NCBI GenBank assembly: GCA_050117845.1
Contig: JASFLY010000019.1
Location: 1 to 55,109 of the forward strand
From: Candidatus Zixiibacteriota bacterium
Lineage (GTDB): Bacteria > RBG-13-66-14 > B26-G2 > WVWN01
Direction of reading: 5' to 3'
DNA: 55,109 nucleotides
Part shown: one piece after another, positions 9,727 to 18,495 of the stretch
Layout of the letters: the number at the start of each line of letters is the position of its first letter
Numbering within the stretch: the first letter of the stretch is position 1
Notes under the pieces: model-generated
Database searches by the model: none
Told to the model about the DNA's origin: nothing
What the model saw: only the letters and a program-made list of their open reading frames with translations
Translations under genes and position numbers: made by a program

Positions 9727-10557
9727 ATGGGTAGTTTATATTTAGTCGAACGGCCGAAGTATTCGGAACGGCGTAAAAAAATAGTCAGAATACTTCTTGA
9801 TTATAGGAAAAATTTAAAAATTGGAGATTACGTCGAGGATGAGGTAGTAAACGCTTTCATAAAAAACGACGAATTCGCGTGGTTTACGTTCGTATTACTG
9901 AGCGGCAACCAAAACGTTGAACGAGCTTGGTTATTTCCATATGAACTATCACAGAGGCTCGAAAATAACCTTAGTCCCCGACGGGTCGCGGATTTATCGC
10001 TTAGTAAACTTGATAAAATCTTTGGAGAAATCGCAGATGCCGGCTACGCGTTAAGATTTCGACTGACCGCTTCAGCTTCATTACTTAGGGCAGCGGAAAA
10101 GATAGTCGGGGAGTACGACGGGGATGTCAAACGGATCTGGTTAGATTCCAGTTCACCGGGGGAATTGATAAGGGTTTTTGAGGAGTTTTACGGGATCGGA
10201 CAGAAAAAGGCTTCGATGGCCGTTAATATGTTAATCGGTTTGGGATGGGTTAAATTCCCTGAATCCAGGTTAAGCGAAACAGAGATATCAAACGATAAAC
10301 ACATTAGGCGGATATTTTTAAGGACGGGGTTAATAGACGGGTTAGTAAAGAAAGATATAATCACTCCCGTTTCTGATAGCGAAAAACTCGGGAAAGCGAT
10401 AATCGAAGCAGCGAAATTCCTCAACCCGAGGAACCCGGGTGCCCTCGATTTACCCGCTTGGTATATCGGTAGGGAGTATTGTTTTAATATTGGTCCGAAT
10501 TGCCGCCGATGCGTGTTAAAGAACGTGTGTGCGAAAAACACGAGTCGAACGGGTTAG
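9727..10557 (+). CDS. HhH-GPD (endonuclease III-like) protein with a C-terminal 4Fe-4S motif
   Basis: HhH motif FYGIGQKKASM, D-x-H-IRR, and C-x6-C-x2-C-x5-C (CFNIGPNCRRCVLKNVC). DNA is AT-rich. Confidence 0.75.
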   Translation: MGSLYLVERPKYSERRKKIVRILLDYRKNLKIGDYVEDEVVNAFIKNDEFAWFTFVLLSGNQNVERAWLFPYELSQRLENNLSPRRVADLSLSKLDKIFGEIADAGYALRFRLTASASLLRAAEKIVGEYDGDVKRIWLDSSSPGELIRVFEEFYGIGQKKASMAVNMLIGLGWVKFPESRLSETEISNDKHIRRIFLRTGLIDGLVKKDIITPVSDSEKLGKAIIEAAKFLNPRNPGALDLPAWYIGREYCFNIGPNCRRCVLKNVCAKNTSRTG

Positions 10558-10560
10558 GTA

Positions 10561-12069
10561 TTGTTTAAAAAAGTCCTCATCGCGAATCGCGGCGAAATAG
10601 CCTGCCGCGTCATCCGGGCCTGCCGGGAGCTGGGCGTCCGGGCCGTGGCCGTATACTCCGCGGCCGACCGGGCCGCCCGGCACGTGGCCCGCGCCGACGA
10701 GGCCTACTGCATCGGCCCCGCGCCGCCGCTCGAATCCTACCTGAATATCGAGCGCATCGTCGAGGCCGCCAAGGCGGCCGGCGCCGAGGCCGTCCACCCC
10801 GGCTACGGCTTTTTGGCCGAGAACGGCGACTTCGCCGACGCCGTCGAGGCCGCCGGCTTGGTATTCATCGGCCCCTCCGGCGACACGCTCCGTCTCGCCG
10901 GCGACAAGCTAGGCGCCCGCCGCACGATGACCGCCGCCGGCGTCCCCATCATCCCGGGGATGGCCGCCGGGGCCGGCGACGACGCGGCCGAGGTCCTGGC
11001 CGAGGCGAAGAAGCTCGGTTACCCGGTGATGGTCAAGGCCGCCGGGGGCGGCGGAGGCAAAGGGATGCGCGCGGTAAGTTGCGACGGCGATCTGGAGGAG
11101 TGCCTGGCCGCGGCGCGCCGCGAGGCCAAAGGGGCCTTCGGCGACGATACAGTCTACCTCGAAAAATGTGTCGTAAGGCCGCGCCACGTCGAGTTCCAGA
11201 TAACGGCGGACAACGACGGCAACGTCGTCCACCTCTTCGAGCGCGAGTGCTCCATCCAGCGGCGCCACCAGAAGATAGTGGAGGAGTCGCCCTCGCCAGC
11301 GCTCGACGACGAGCTGCGGGCGAAGATGGGCGCGGCGGCCTGCGACGTCGCCCGGGCCGTATCCTACCGCAACGCCGGGACGGTGGAGTTTCTGTTAGAC
11401 GAAGATAAAAACTTCTACTTTCTCGAGGTCAACGCCCGCGTTCAGGTCGAGCACCCCGTCACCGAGATGGTCACCGGCGTGGACATCGTCAAGGCCCAAA
11501 TGGCGGTCGCCGCCGGCGAGATGCTGCCCTTCACGCAGGAGGACCTGAACCAGCGCGGCCACGCCATCGAGTGCCGCATCTACGCCGAGGACCCGGCGGC
11601 GGGCTTCCTCCCCTCAGCTGGCAAGGTGCTGTTTCTGCGGGAGCCGCAGGGGCCGGGCGTCCGGCTGGACGGCGGCATCTACCAGGGTTACGATGTGCCG
11701 GTGCACTACGACCCCATCCTGGCCAAACTCATCACCTGGGGCGCGGACCGCGACGAGGCCCGGCGCCGCATGGCCGAGGCGCTACGCGAGTACGTCATTC
11801 TCGGCATCCGCACGACGATACCGTTCCTGCGGGACGTCATTGAGCACGCGGCCTACGCGGGCGGCGACACCAACACCGACTTCATCGCCGACCATTTCCC
11901 GGCCTGGCGCGAGGAAGTGCCGGCCGAGGTGTTGGAGACGGCGCTGGCCGCGGCCGCCGCGGCCGAGTTGGCCGGCGGGACGCCTAATCTATCCGTGGGC
12001 GACGGCGTTATGCGGGAGGCCCCAGGCCCGTGGCAAACGGTCGGGCCGTGGCAGAACGGCGCCGCGTAA
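10561..12069 (+). CDS. Biotin carboxylase subunit of acyl-CoA (methylcrotonyl-CoA) carboxylase
   Basis: FKKVLIANRGEIA, HPGYGFLAEN, GGGGKGMR, RECSIQRRHQK and EVNARVQVEHPVTE; TTG start. Confidence 0.92.
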   Translation: MFKKVLIANRGEIACRVIRACRELGVRAVAVYSAADRAARHVARADEAYCIGPAPPLESYLNIERIVEAAKAAGAEAVHPGYGFLAENGDFADAVEAAGLVFIGPSGDTLRLAGDKLGARRTMTAAGVPIIPGMAAGAGDDAAEVLAEAKKLGYPVMVKAAGGGGGKGMRAVSCDGDLEECLAAARREAKGAFGDDTVYLEKCVVRPRHVEFQITADNDGNVVHLFERECSIQRRHQKIVEESPSPALDDELRAKMGAAACDVARAVSYRNAGTVEFLLDEDKNFYFLEVNARVQVEHPVTEMVTGVDIVKAQMAVAAGEMLPFTQEDLNQRGHAIECRIYAEDPAAGFLPSAGKVLFLREPQGPGVRLDGGIYQGYDVPVHYDPILAKLITWGADRDEARRRMAEALREYVILGIRTTIPFLRDVIEHAAYAGGDTNTDFIADHFPAWREEVPAEVLETALAAAAAAELAGGTPNLSVGDGVMREAPGPWQTVGPWQNGAA

Positions 12070-12072
12070 GGT

Positions 12073-12585
12073 ATGGAATACGAATATAAAATAGGCGACG
12101 AGGAGTACGCCGTAGCGGCCGAGAAGAAGGGCGGATGTCTCGTCGTCTCGGTCAACGGCCGCGAACTCGACGTAGACCTGGTTTCCGTCGAGCCGGGATG
12201 TTATTCTTTACTGGTGGGCGGCGACGCCGTCGAGGTCGTCGTCGTGCGGGAGGGCGCGCGGCGTCACGTCGTCGTGGGCGGCCACACGGTCGTCCTGGAT
12301 GAGGCGGGAGCCGGCGACGGCGCGGCCGGGGCAAAGGTTGAGGAGATTGTCGAGGGCCTGCAGACCATTCGGGCCCCCATGCCCGGCAAGGTCGTGAAGG
12401 TAGCCGCGGGCGTCGGGGCCGCGGTGGAGAAGGGCCAGACCGTCGTCGTCGTCGAGGCGATGAAGATGGAGCACGCGCTGGCCGCGGCCGGCCCCGGCGT
12501 CGTTAAAAAGATATCTTGTGAGGAAGGACAAAACGTCGACGCGGAACAGGCGTTGGCGGAAGTCGAGATAGAAGGCAACGGTTAG
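12073..12585 (+). CDS. Biotin carboxyl carrier protein (split-off C-terminal part of MCC alpha)
   Basis: APMPGKV...VEAMKME biotinylation motif. Confidence 0.9.
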   Translation: MEYEYKIGDEEYAVAAEKKGGCLVVSVNGRELDVDLVSVEPGCYSLLVGGDAVEVVVVREGARRHVVVGGHTVVLDEAGAGDGAAGAKVEEIVEGLQTIRAPMPGKVVKVAAGVGAAVEKGQTVVVVEAMKMEHALAAAGPGVVKKISCEEGQNVDAEQALAEVEIEGNG

Positions 12586-12629
12586 CGGGGAATCGAGTTC
12601 AAATTAAAATCCGTCAAGCGAGGTCCGGT

Positions 12630-13769
12630 ATGGATTTCAAACTCGACGAAGAACAGCGGATGATGCGCCAGGTGGCCGCCCAGATAGCGGACGAGCAACT
12701 CGCGCCGCGGGCCGAGGAGATGGACGAAACCGGGGAGGTCCCGGAGGAGATATACAAGTTCCTCGGCGAGCAGGGGTACTTCGGCATGTTCCTCCCGGAG
12801 GATTACGGCGGCGTCGAACTCGACTACGTTACGTACGCGCTTACGATGGAGGAGTTCTCGCGGGGGTCGCCGGCGGTGGCGCTCGTGGTCTCGGTGCAGA
12901 ACCTGTTGGTGGGTTATCCCGTCTTAAAGTACGGGACCGACGCTCAAAAAGATAAATACTTGACGCGCATCGCGTCGGGGGGACTCTTCGGCGCCTTCGC
13001 CATCACGGAGGACGAGGCCGGCTCGGACGCCGGGAGCGTCCGGACGACCGCCGAGAAGAAGGGCGACTCGTACGTCCTGAGTGGCCACAAGAAATACATT
13101 ACCAACGCCGGGTTCGCGGGCCTTTTCCTGGTATTCGCCTCCACCGACCCGGAGGCCGGCGGCAAGGGCCTGTCCTGCTTTCTGGTGGAACGCGATACGC
13201 CGGGCCTCACGGTGGGCGAGCGCTTCGACGGCATGGGGATGCGGGCGCTGGACGTCCGGCGGCTGGAGTTCGATAACTGCGAGGTCCCCGCGGACGCGCT
13301 TTTGGGGAACGAGGGCGACGGCCTGAAAATCGCGCTGGCCAGCCTGGACGGGAGCCGTATCGGCGTTGCCGGCCAGTCGGTCGGCATCGCCCGGGCGGCG
13401 TTCGACGAGGCCAAGAAATACGCCGGGGAGCGGGAGCAGTTCGGCCGGCCCATCATCAAGTTCCAGGCGATTCAGTTATACCTGGCGGAGATGGCGGTTC
13501 GCATCGAGGCTTCGCGCCTGTTGACGTTGCAGGCCGCGGTCGCGGCCGACGTCGGCGAGAGCTTCAGCACCGAGGCCGCGATGGCCAAACTCCACGCGTC
13601 CGAGACGGCCAATTTTTGCGCCAACCTCGGCGTCCAGATTCACGGCGGCTACGGCTACATGAAAGACTACGCGGTCGAACGCTTCTTCCGCGACGCCCGC
13701 GTGACGGAGATATACGAGGGTACGTCCGAAATCCAAAAACTCGTAATAGCCGGTAACCTTTTGAGGTGA
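12630..13769 (+). CDS. Acyl-CoA dehydrogenase (short/branched chain)
   Basis: FAITEDEAGSD, QIHGGYGY and RDARVTEIYEGTSEIQK. Confidence 0.92.
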   Translation: MDFKLDEEQRMMRQVAAQIADEQLAPRAEEMDETGEVPEEIYKFLGEQGYFGMFLPEDYGGVELDYVTYALTMEEFSRGSPAVALVVSVQNLLVGYPVLKYGTDAQKDKYLTRIASGGLFGAFAITEDEAGSDAGSVRTTAEKKGDSYVLSGHKKYITNAGFAGLFLVFASTDPEAGGKGLSCFLVERDTPGLTVGERFDGMGMRALDVRRLEFDNCEVPADALLGNEGDGLKIALASLDGSRIGVAGQSVGIARAAFDEAKKYAGEREQFGRPIIKFQAIQLYLAEMAVRIEASRLLTLQAAVAADVGESFSTEAAMAKLHASETANFCANLGVQIHGGYGYMKDYAVERFFRDARVTEIYEGTSEIQKLVIAGNLLR

Positions 13770-14938
13770 TGGCCATGATAGACTACAGCGAGTACGACGA
13801 TTTTCGGGCCGAAATAAGGGCCAAGGCCGAAGAGATACTCGGCCCCTACGCCGCGGCCATCGACGCGGACGACCATATCCCCGCCGAGGTCATGGAGGCC
13901 GTGGCGCAAGCCGGATGGTGGGGCGCCGCGGCGCCGGAGGAGTATGGCGGCCTCGGGTGGGATACCGTGCGCTACGCCATCATGGTGGAAGAGACCTCGC
14001 GCGTTTCGGGGTCGGTGGGCGTAATGCTCGCGGTCCAGGGGTCACTAATCAACTACCCCATGCTGAAGTACGGCAACGACGAACAGATTAGGGAGTACAT
14101 GCCCCGATTCGCTTCGGGCGAGGTGATGGGGTGCTTCGGCCTCACCGAGCCGGGCGCCGGGTCCGACGCCGGGAACACGAAGACCACGGCCGTACCGGAC
14201 GGCGACGAGTGGGTCATAAACGGCCAGAAGTGTTTCATCACCAACACTAAACGCGATTGGCCGGTGCTCTGCTTCGCGACCGTGCGGACCGACCCCGACA
14301 AGGGCAAGGGCGTCTACGGCGTCAGTTCCATCCTCGTCCCCTCCGACGCCCCGGGGTTCAATTACGGCCGCAAGGAAAACAAGATGGGCCTGCGCGGTTC
14401 CGATACCTCGGAGATATTCTTCGAGGACTGCCGCGTACCGAAGGAGAATCTGCTGGGAGGGCTGAACGAAGGGTTCAAGCTATTCATGGTGGCGCTGGAC
14501 GCAGGCCGCATCAGCATCGGCGCCATGGCGGTAGGGCTGGGCCAGGCGGCCCTCGACCTCGCCGTCGAACACGCCGAGACGCGCGTCCAGTTTGGCAAGC
14601 CCATCGGGGCCCAGCAGGCGATACAATGGAAGATAGCCGAGATGGCGACGAAGGTTCGGGCGGCGCGTTTTCTGGTATACTCGGCCGCGGCGCTCAAGGA
14701 CGCCGGCGTGCCCTACACCAAAGAGGCGGCGATGGCGAAGTACTACGCGTCCCAGGTGGGCCGGGAGGTTGCCTACGACGCCATCCAGATCCACGGCGCC
14801 CTGGGCTACGACAAGTCCTATCCGCTGGAGCGCATCTACCGCGACGTCAAACTCGACGAGATAGGCGAGGGGACGAGCGAGATTCAGAAAATAGTCATAA
14901 GTCGCAACATAATGGACTTAAAAAAGAAGAAGAAATAG
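13766..14938 (+). CDS. Acyl-CoA dehydrogenase (second paralog)
   Basis: FGLTEPGAGSD, KMGLRGSDT, AIQIHGALGY and EIGEGTSEIQK; GTGA overlap with the upstream gene. Confidence 0.92.
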   Translation: MMAMIDYSEYDDFRAEIRAKAEEILGPYAAAIDADDHIPAEVMEAVAQAGWWGAAAPEEYGGLGWDTVRYAIMVEETSRVSGSVGVMLAVQGSLINYPMLKYGNDEQIREYMPRFASGEVMGCFGLTEPGAGSDAGNTKTTAVPDGDEWVINGQKCFITNTKRDWPVLCFATVRTDPDKGKGVYGVSSILVPSDAPGFNYGRKENKMGLRGSDTSEIFFEDCRVPKENLLGGLNEGFKLFMVALDAGRISIGAMAVGLGQAALDLAVEHAETRVQFGKPIGAQQAIQWKIAEMATKVRAARFLVYSAAALKDAGVPYTKEAAMAKYYASQVGREVAYDAIQIHGALGYDKSYPLERIYRDVKLDEIGEGTSEIQKIVISRNIMDLKKKKK

Positions 14939-14951
14939 TCACCGCGCCGGC
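14842..14951 (+). repeat. 110-bp direct repeat, copy 1 (3' end of acyl-CoA dehydrogenase gene plus 13 nt)
   Basis: CGACGTCAAACTCGACGAG...AAGAAATAGTCACCGCGCCGGC; 107/110 identical to 15770-15879. Confidence 0.95.
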
Positions 14952-14983
14952 GGGGTGCCGGTTTAGGTGTGGCGGTTTGGATA

Positions 14984-15316
14984 ATGGTGACCAAGAGAAA
15001 AACAAAGGCGCCCCGGTTTCTTAAGGAGCTTGTCGCCCGCGTCGTACAAGCCGCGGCCCCGAGCCGCGTGATAATGTTTGGTTCCCGCGCGCGGGGAGAC
15101 GCCGGCCCGAGGAGTGACGTCGATCTGTTGGTGGTAGTAAATAACTTGGAATCCAGGCGGGCGTTGGCGGCGAAAATCTACGAAGCTCTTGCCGACGTTC
15201 ACGTCGCGGCCGACATAGTGGTCGCTACCGAAGAAGACTTGCGTACTAAGTCTGGCGTACGCGGGGCGCTGGTCAACCGGGCGTTGAGGGAGGGCGTAAC
15301 GTTGTATGCCGCCTAA
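14984..15316 (+). CDS. Minimal nucleotidyltransferase (MNT) antitoxin
   Basis: FGSRARGDAGPRSDVDLLVV and C-terminal ALREGVTLY; overlaps the HEPN gene. Confidence 0.88.
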   Translation: MVTKRKTKAPRFLKELVARVVQAAAPSRVIMFGSRARGDAGPRSDVDLLVVVNNLESRRALAAKIYEALADVHVAADIVVATEEDLRTKSGVRGALVNRALREGVTLYAA

Positions 15317-15743
15317 TGGCCAGCGCAAGTTCGTCGACACGTTGATGCGTAAAGCTCGCGCTGATTACGGGGTTCTCCTTAAACTGGGCGTCGAACGCGA
15401 CGAGTACGACCTCGTTTTCGGCTTCCATGCCCAACAAGCCATCGAAAAGGCGCTTAAAGCCGTCATCGCGGCGTCGGGCTCGGAGTTTCCGCTAACCCAC
15501 AATATCTCGGCTTTATTAGATATAATAGCGAAGGCTGGAGGGGCGGACCCGCCGGCCATATCAGAGCCGGGCCTTTTAACGGTATTCGCCGTTGAATATC
15601 GTTACGAGGATTACGACGAACCCCCGCCGGATATGGACCGCGCCGAGTTGACGGTGGAAGTGGAACACGTTATACGTTGGGCCGAAGAAGTCGCGGGACT
15701 TCACGCCCATGAGGGCGATGAGCCTGATTCTACTCAACGGTAA
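15306..15743 (+). CDS. HEPN domain toxin of an MNT-HEPN pair
   Basis: GFHAQQAIEKALKA, FPLTHNI and LTVFAVEYRY are typical HEPN motifs. Confidence 0.88.
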   Translation: MPPNGQRKFVDTLMRKARADYGVLLKLGVERDEYDLVFGFHAQQAIEKALKAVIAASGSEFPLTHNISALLDIIAKAGGADPPAISEPGLLTVFAVEYRYEDYDEPPPDMDRAELTVEVEHVIRWAEEVAGLHAHEGDEPDSTQR

Positions 15744-15769
15744 TCGTAGCGGCGAGGTTTATTTGACCT

Positions 15770-15879
15770 CGACGTCAAACTCGACGAGATAGGCGAGGGG
15801 ACGGGCGAGATTCAGAAAATAGTCATAAGTCGCAATATTATGGACTTAAAAAAGAAGAAGAAATAGTCACCGCGCCGGC
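15770..15879 (+). repeat. 110-bp direct repeat, copy 2 (orphan 3' fragment of acyl-CoA dehydrogenase gene)
   Basis: Matches 14842-14951 with 3 mismatches. Confidence 0.95.
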
Positions 15880-15946
15880 CTTCCCGTCCGCGGCGTATCG
15901 CGGCGGAAAAGCGGCGCCCGTTCTTTCCGTAACTTAGGAGTTTTGT

Positions 15947-16555
15947 ATGGAAGAGAAAGGATTCACCATCTGGTTCACCGGCCTTTCCGGGGCGGGTAAG
16001 ACCACCATCTCGGAAATCGTCGAAAAGGAACTTCGGGCCCGCGGCAAGAAGGTGGAAGTCCTCGACGGCGACGTCGTCCGGACCAACCTGTCCAAGGGCC
16101 TGGGTTTCTCCAAGGAAGACCGGGACATCAACATCCGCCGCATCGGCTTCGTCTGCCACATCCTGAGCCGCAACGGCGTCGTCGCCATCGCCGCGGCCAT
16201 CTCGCCCTACCAGGAAATCCGGGACGAGAACCGCAAACTCATCGGCGACTTCGTCGAAGTATTCTGCAAATGCCCGCTCGAGGCGTTGGTGGAACGCGAC
16301 GTCAAGGGCTTATATAAAAAGGCTCTGGCCGGCGAGATTAAGAACTTCACCGGCGTCTCCGACCCGTACGAGGACCCGGAATCGCCCGAGGTCGTGTGCC
16401 TGACCGACAGCGAAACGCCCGAGGCCAGCGCCGCCCGCGTCATCGCCAAGCTGGAAGAAATGGGATACCTGGCCCCGGCGGGGTCGGAGGGAGTGTACTC
16501 CGAAGAAGAGGAGGAGAAAGTACGCAAGCGCCTGGAAGCGCTTGGTTACATGTGA
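15947..16555 (+). CDS. cysC: Adenylyl-sulfate (APS) kinase with a C-terminal acidic RLxxLGY extension
   Basis: [34 protein letters not shown] and FTGVSDPYE; extra tail [19 protein letters not shown]. Confidence 0.95.
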   Translation: MEEKGFTIWFTGLSGAGKTTISEIVEKELRARGKKVEVLDGDVVRTNLSKGLGFSKEDRDINIRRIGFVCHILSRNGVVAIAAAISPYQEIRDENRKLIGDFVEVFCKCPLEALVERDVKGLYKKALAGEIKNFTGVSDPYEDPESPEVVCLTDSETPEASAARVIAKLEEMGYLAPAGSEGVYSEEEEEKVRKRLEALGYM

Positions 16556-17430
16556 TGTCCGAATATATCGACCTTCACGTCCATACGTCCTATTCCGACG
16601 GCTCGTACACGCCGGCGCAGGTGGTTCAACTGGCCGTCGACGCCGACCTCGCGGCCATCGCGATAACCGACCACGACTCCGTGGACGGCAACGCGGAGGC
16701 GTTCGCGCAGGGGGCCTCACTCGGCCTGGAGGTTATCCCGGGCGTCGAGATTAGCTGCAACTTCACCCCCACGAACGTTCACATCGTCGGCCTTTTCGTC
16801 GACCCGGCCGAGGATAAACTCGCCGCGGCGTTGGAGGAGGTCCGGGAATACCGTCGCCTCCGCAACCCCAAAATATTGGAAAAGCTGGCCGAACTCGGCA
16901 TGCCTATTACGATCGAGGAGGTGGCGGCCAAGGCCGGCGGCAAGACCCTGGGCCGGCCCCATATCGCCGAAGTAATGGTGGATAAGGGCTACGTCGCCGA
17001 CTTCCAAGAGGCGTTCGACAAGTACCTGGCGCACAAGAAACCGGCGTACGTTCACCGGCGGCGCATCTCCGCGGAAGAGGGAATCGGCCTTATTCACGGC
17101 GCGGGAGGCCTGGCGTTTCTGGCCCATCCCGGCATTTACGCCCTCGCCCCCAGTATAACCGAAAATATGTTATACAAGCTCATCCGGTCGGGTCTCGACG
17201 GCGTCGAGGTCTACTACACCGATCATCTGCCCACCGATACCGCGTCGTTCAAGCGGCTGGCCGAGGAGTACGACGTCTTGGCCAGCGGCGGCACCGACTT
17301 CCACGGGACCGCCAAGCCGGGGGTGGAGATAGGAGTAGGCCGCGGGGACCTTAAAATCCCCTACGATCTCGTTACGCTCATGAAGGCCCGGCTCGGCGCG
17401 CGGGCAAGGCAAGCGACCGTGCGAAGGTAA
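16555..17430 (+). CDS. PHP-domain metallophosphoesterase (YciV/TrpH family, possible pAp phosphatase)
   Basis: DLHVHTSYSDG, AITDHD, GVEIS, GRPHIA, LAHP and GGTDFHG. True start is ATG 16555, overlapping the cysC stop (TGATG). Confidence 0.88.
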   Translation: MSEYIDLHVHTSYSDGSYTPAQVVQLAVDADLAAIAITDHDSVDGNAEAFAQGASLGLEVIPGVEISCNFTPTNVHIVGLFVDPAEDKLAAALEEVREYRRLRNPKILEKLAELGMPITIEEVAAKAGGKTLGRPHIAEVMVDKGYVADFQEAFDKYLAHKKPAYVHRRRISAEEGIGLIHGAGGLAFLAHPGIYALAPSITENMLYKLIRSGLDGVEVYYTDHLPTDTASFKRLAEEYDVLASGGTDFHGTAKPGVEIGVGRGDLKIPYDLVTLMKARLGARARQATVRR

Positions 17431-17449
17431 TTGATTTACGCAAAATGAG

Positions 17450-17480
17450 AAAGCCGGCCCCGACGGGCCGGTTTTTTTTT
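17450..17480 (+). terminator. Rho-independent terminator
   Basis: AAAGCCGGCCC-CGAC-GGGCCGG followed by T9, between convergent genes. Confidence 0.8.
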
Positions 17481-17505
17481 GGCGAAGCGCCGGGGAGGCT
17501 TGGGA

Positions 17506-18411
17506 TTAACGGAATGAACCGATGACGGCGAGGGCGAGGAGTAAGACGGCTATCCCTGTTAAAACGGCGGTGCCTACCTTAAAGAAGACGTCATCCGATT
17601 TTGACCGGGCGCGGGGTTTATACGTATAGGCGGTGGCGGCCGGCCGGGAGTATTTGGTGCGGGGTTTCTCGTTGCCATATTCCGGCGCGCCGCGTTTAGC
17701 GCGGATCTTCTCTCTGTATCCCCGGGCGACTTCCATGAACGGGTAGGATTGCGTTAGCATCGAACCCAACAGCGACGAAGGTCCCCCCAACGCCGCTTCT
17801 ATCGGGGACGGTTGGTCTTCCTTTACTACCGGCGTCTAGGCCACGGCGACGGTCGCGGCCCAACACGCCGATCCCCCGTTGCCCCTCTCCTCCCAATAGG
17901 CCAGCAGGTCCAAAAGGCTACGTAACGTCCCTTCATCGTAAACCGGCTTGCTTTTTACTCGCCGCGTCAAGTCGACGGCCAGCGCGCCGACCCGGTCGGC
18001 TAGTCGGCGTTGGAACGCGCTTCTATCTTCGCCGCCATAGCGGGCAAACGCCATCTCCAGGCACCACAGGACTTCGCTCGCCTTTACCAGGCCGGTTTCG
18101 TTCAGGTGGTCGTACGCGGCCGCGACGGCCTTGCCGACCCATGCCTCGTAATCGCCGGAATCGACTAGCAGGATGCGGTTAAAATCCCCGAGCGCCCGGC
18201 CGTAGGCCCCCTCCGCCGCCGCCGCGAACGCCCGCTCGTAGAGCTCCCGCATGTCGGCTGGTTTTCCCGCGAAAACCTCGCTGGGCAGAAAGGACGTGCC
18301 GCAATCCGGGCACGTGAATCGGCCGGCTAAAGATTTGCCGAGTTCGCCGCCGCACTTGGGACATCGTAATGGCAGAAAAGCTTTCGCGCCGTCTATTTCC
18401 CTGGCCGACAT
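17506..18411 (-). pseudogene. Zn-ribbon/TPR/C-terminal-TM protein, paralog 3, interrupted by an in-frame TAG at 17836-17838
   Basis: ORFs 17836..18411 and 17506..17790 are in the same frame. Homology to 18496..19368 continues across the stop (VAVA*...SYPFMEVARGYREKIR vs VAVAE...DYPYRDVAAEYAAKIR). Confidence 0.75.
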
Positions 18412-18495
18412 GAGAAACGACGTCCTCCCGAGCTGTACTCCAGCTTTTTAACCTCGACTCCCGTCGGCCTTCGGGCCGGTTTTTTGCGAGTTATT

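Noticed and set aside
17836..17838. Pyrrolysine or amber recoding
   Set aside because: Many clear genes in the window end in TAG, no pyl genes are seen, and a single GAG-to-TAG change explains the codon.
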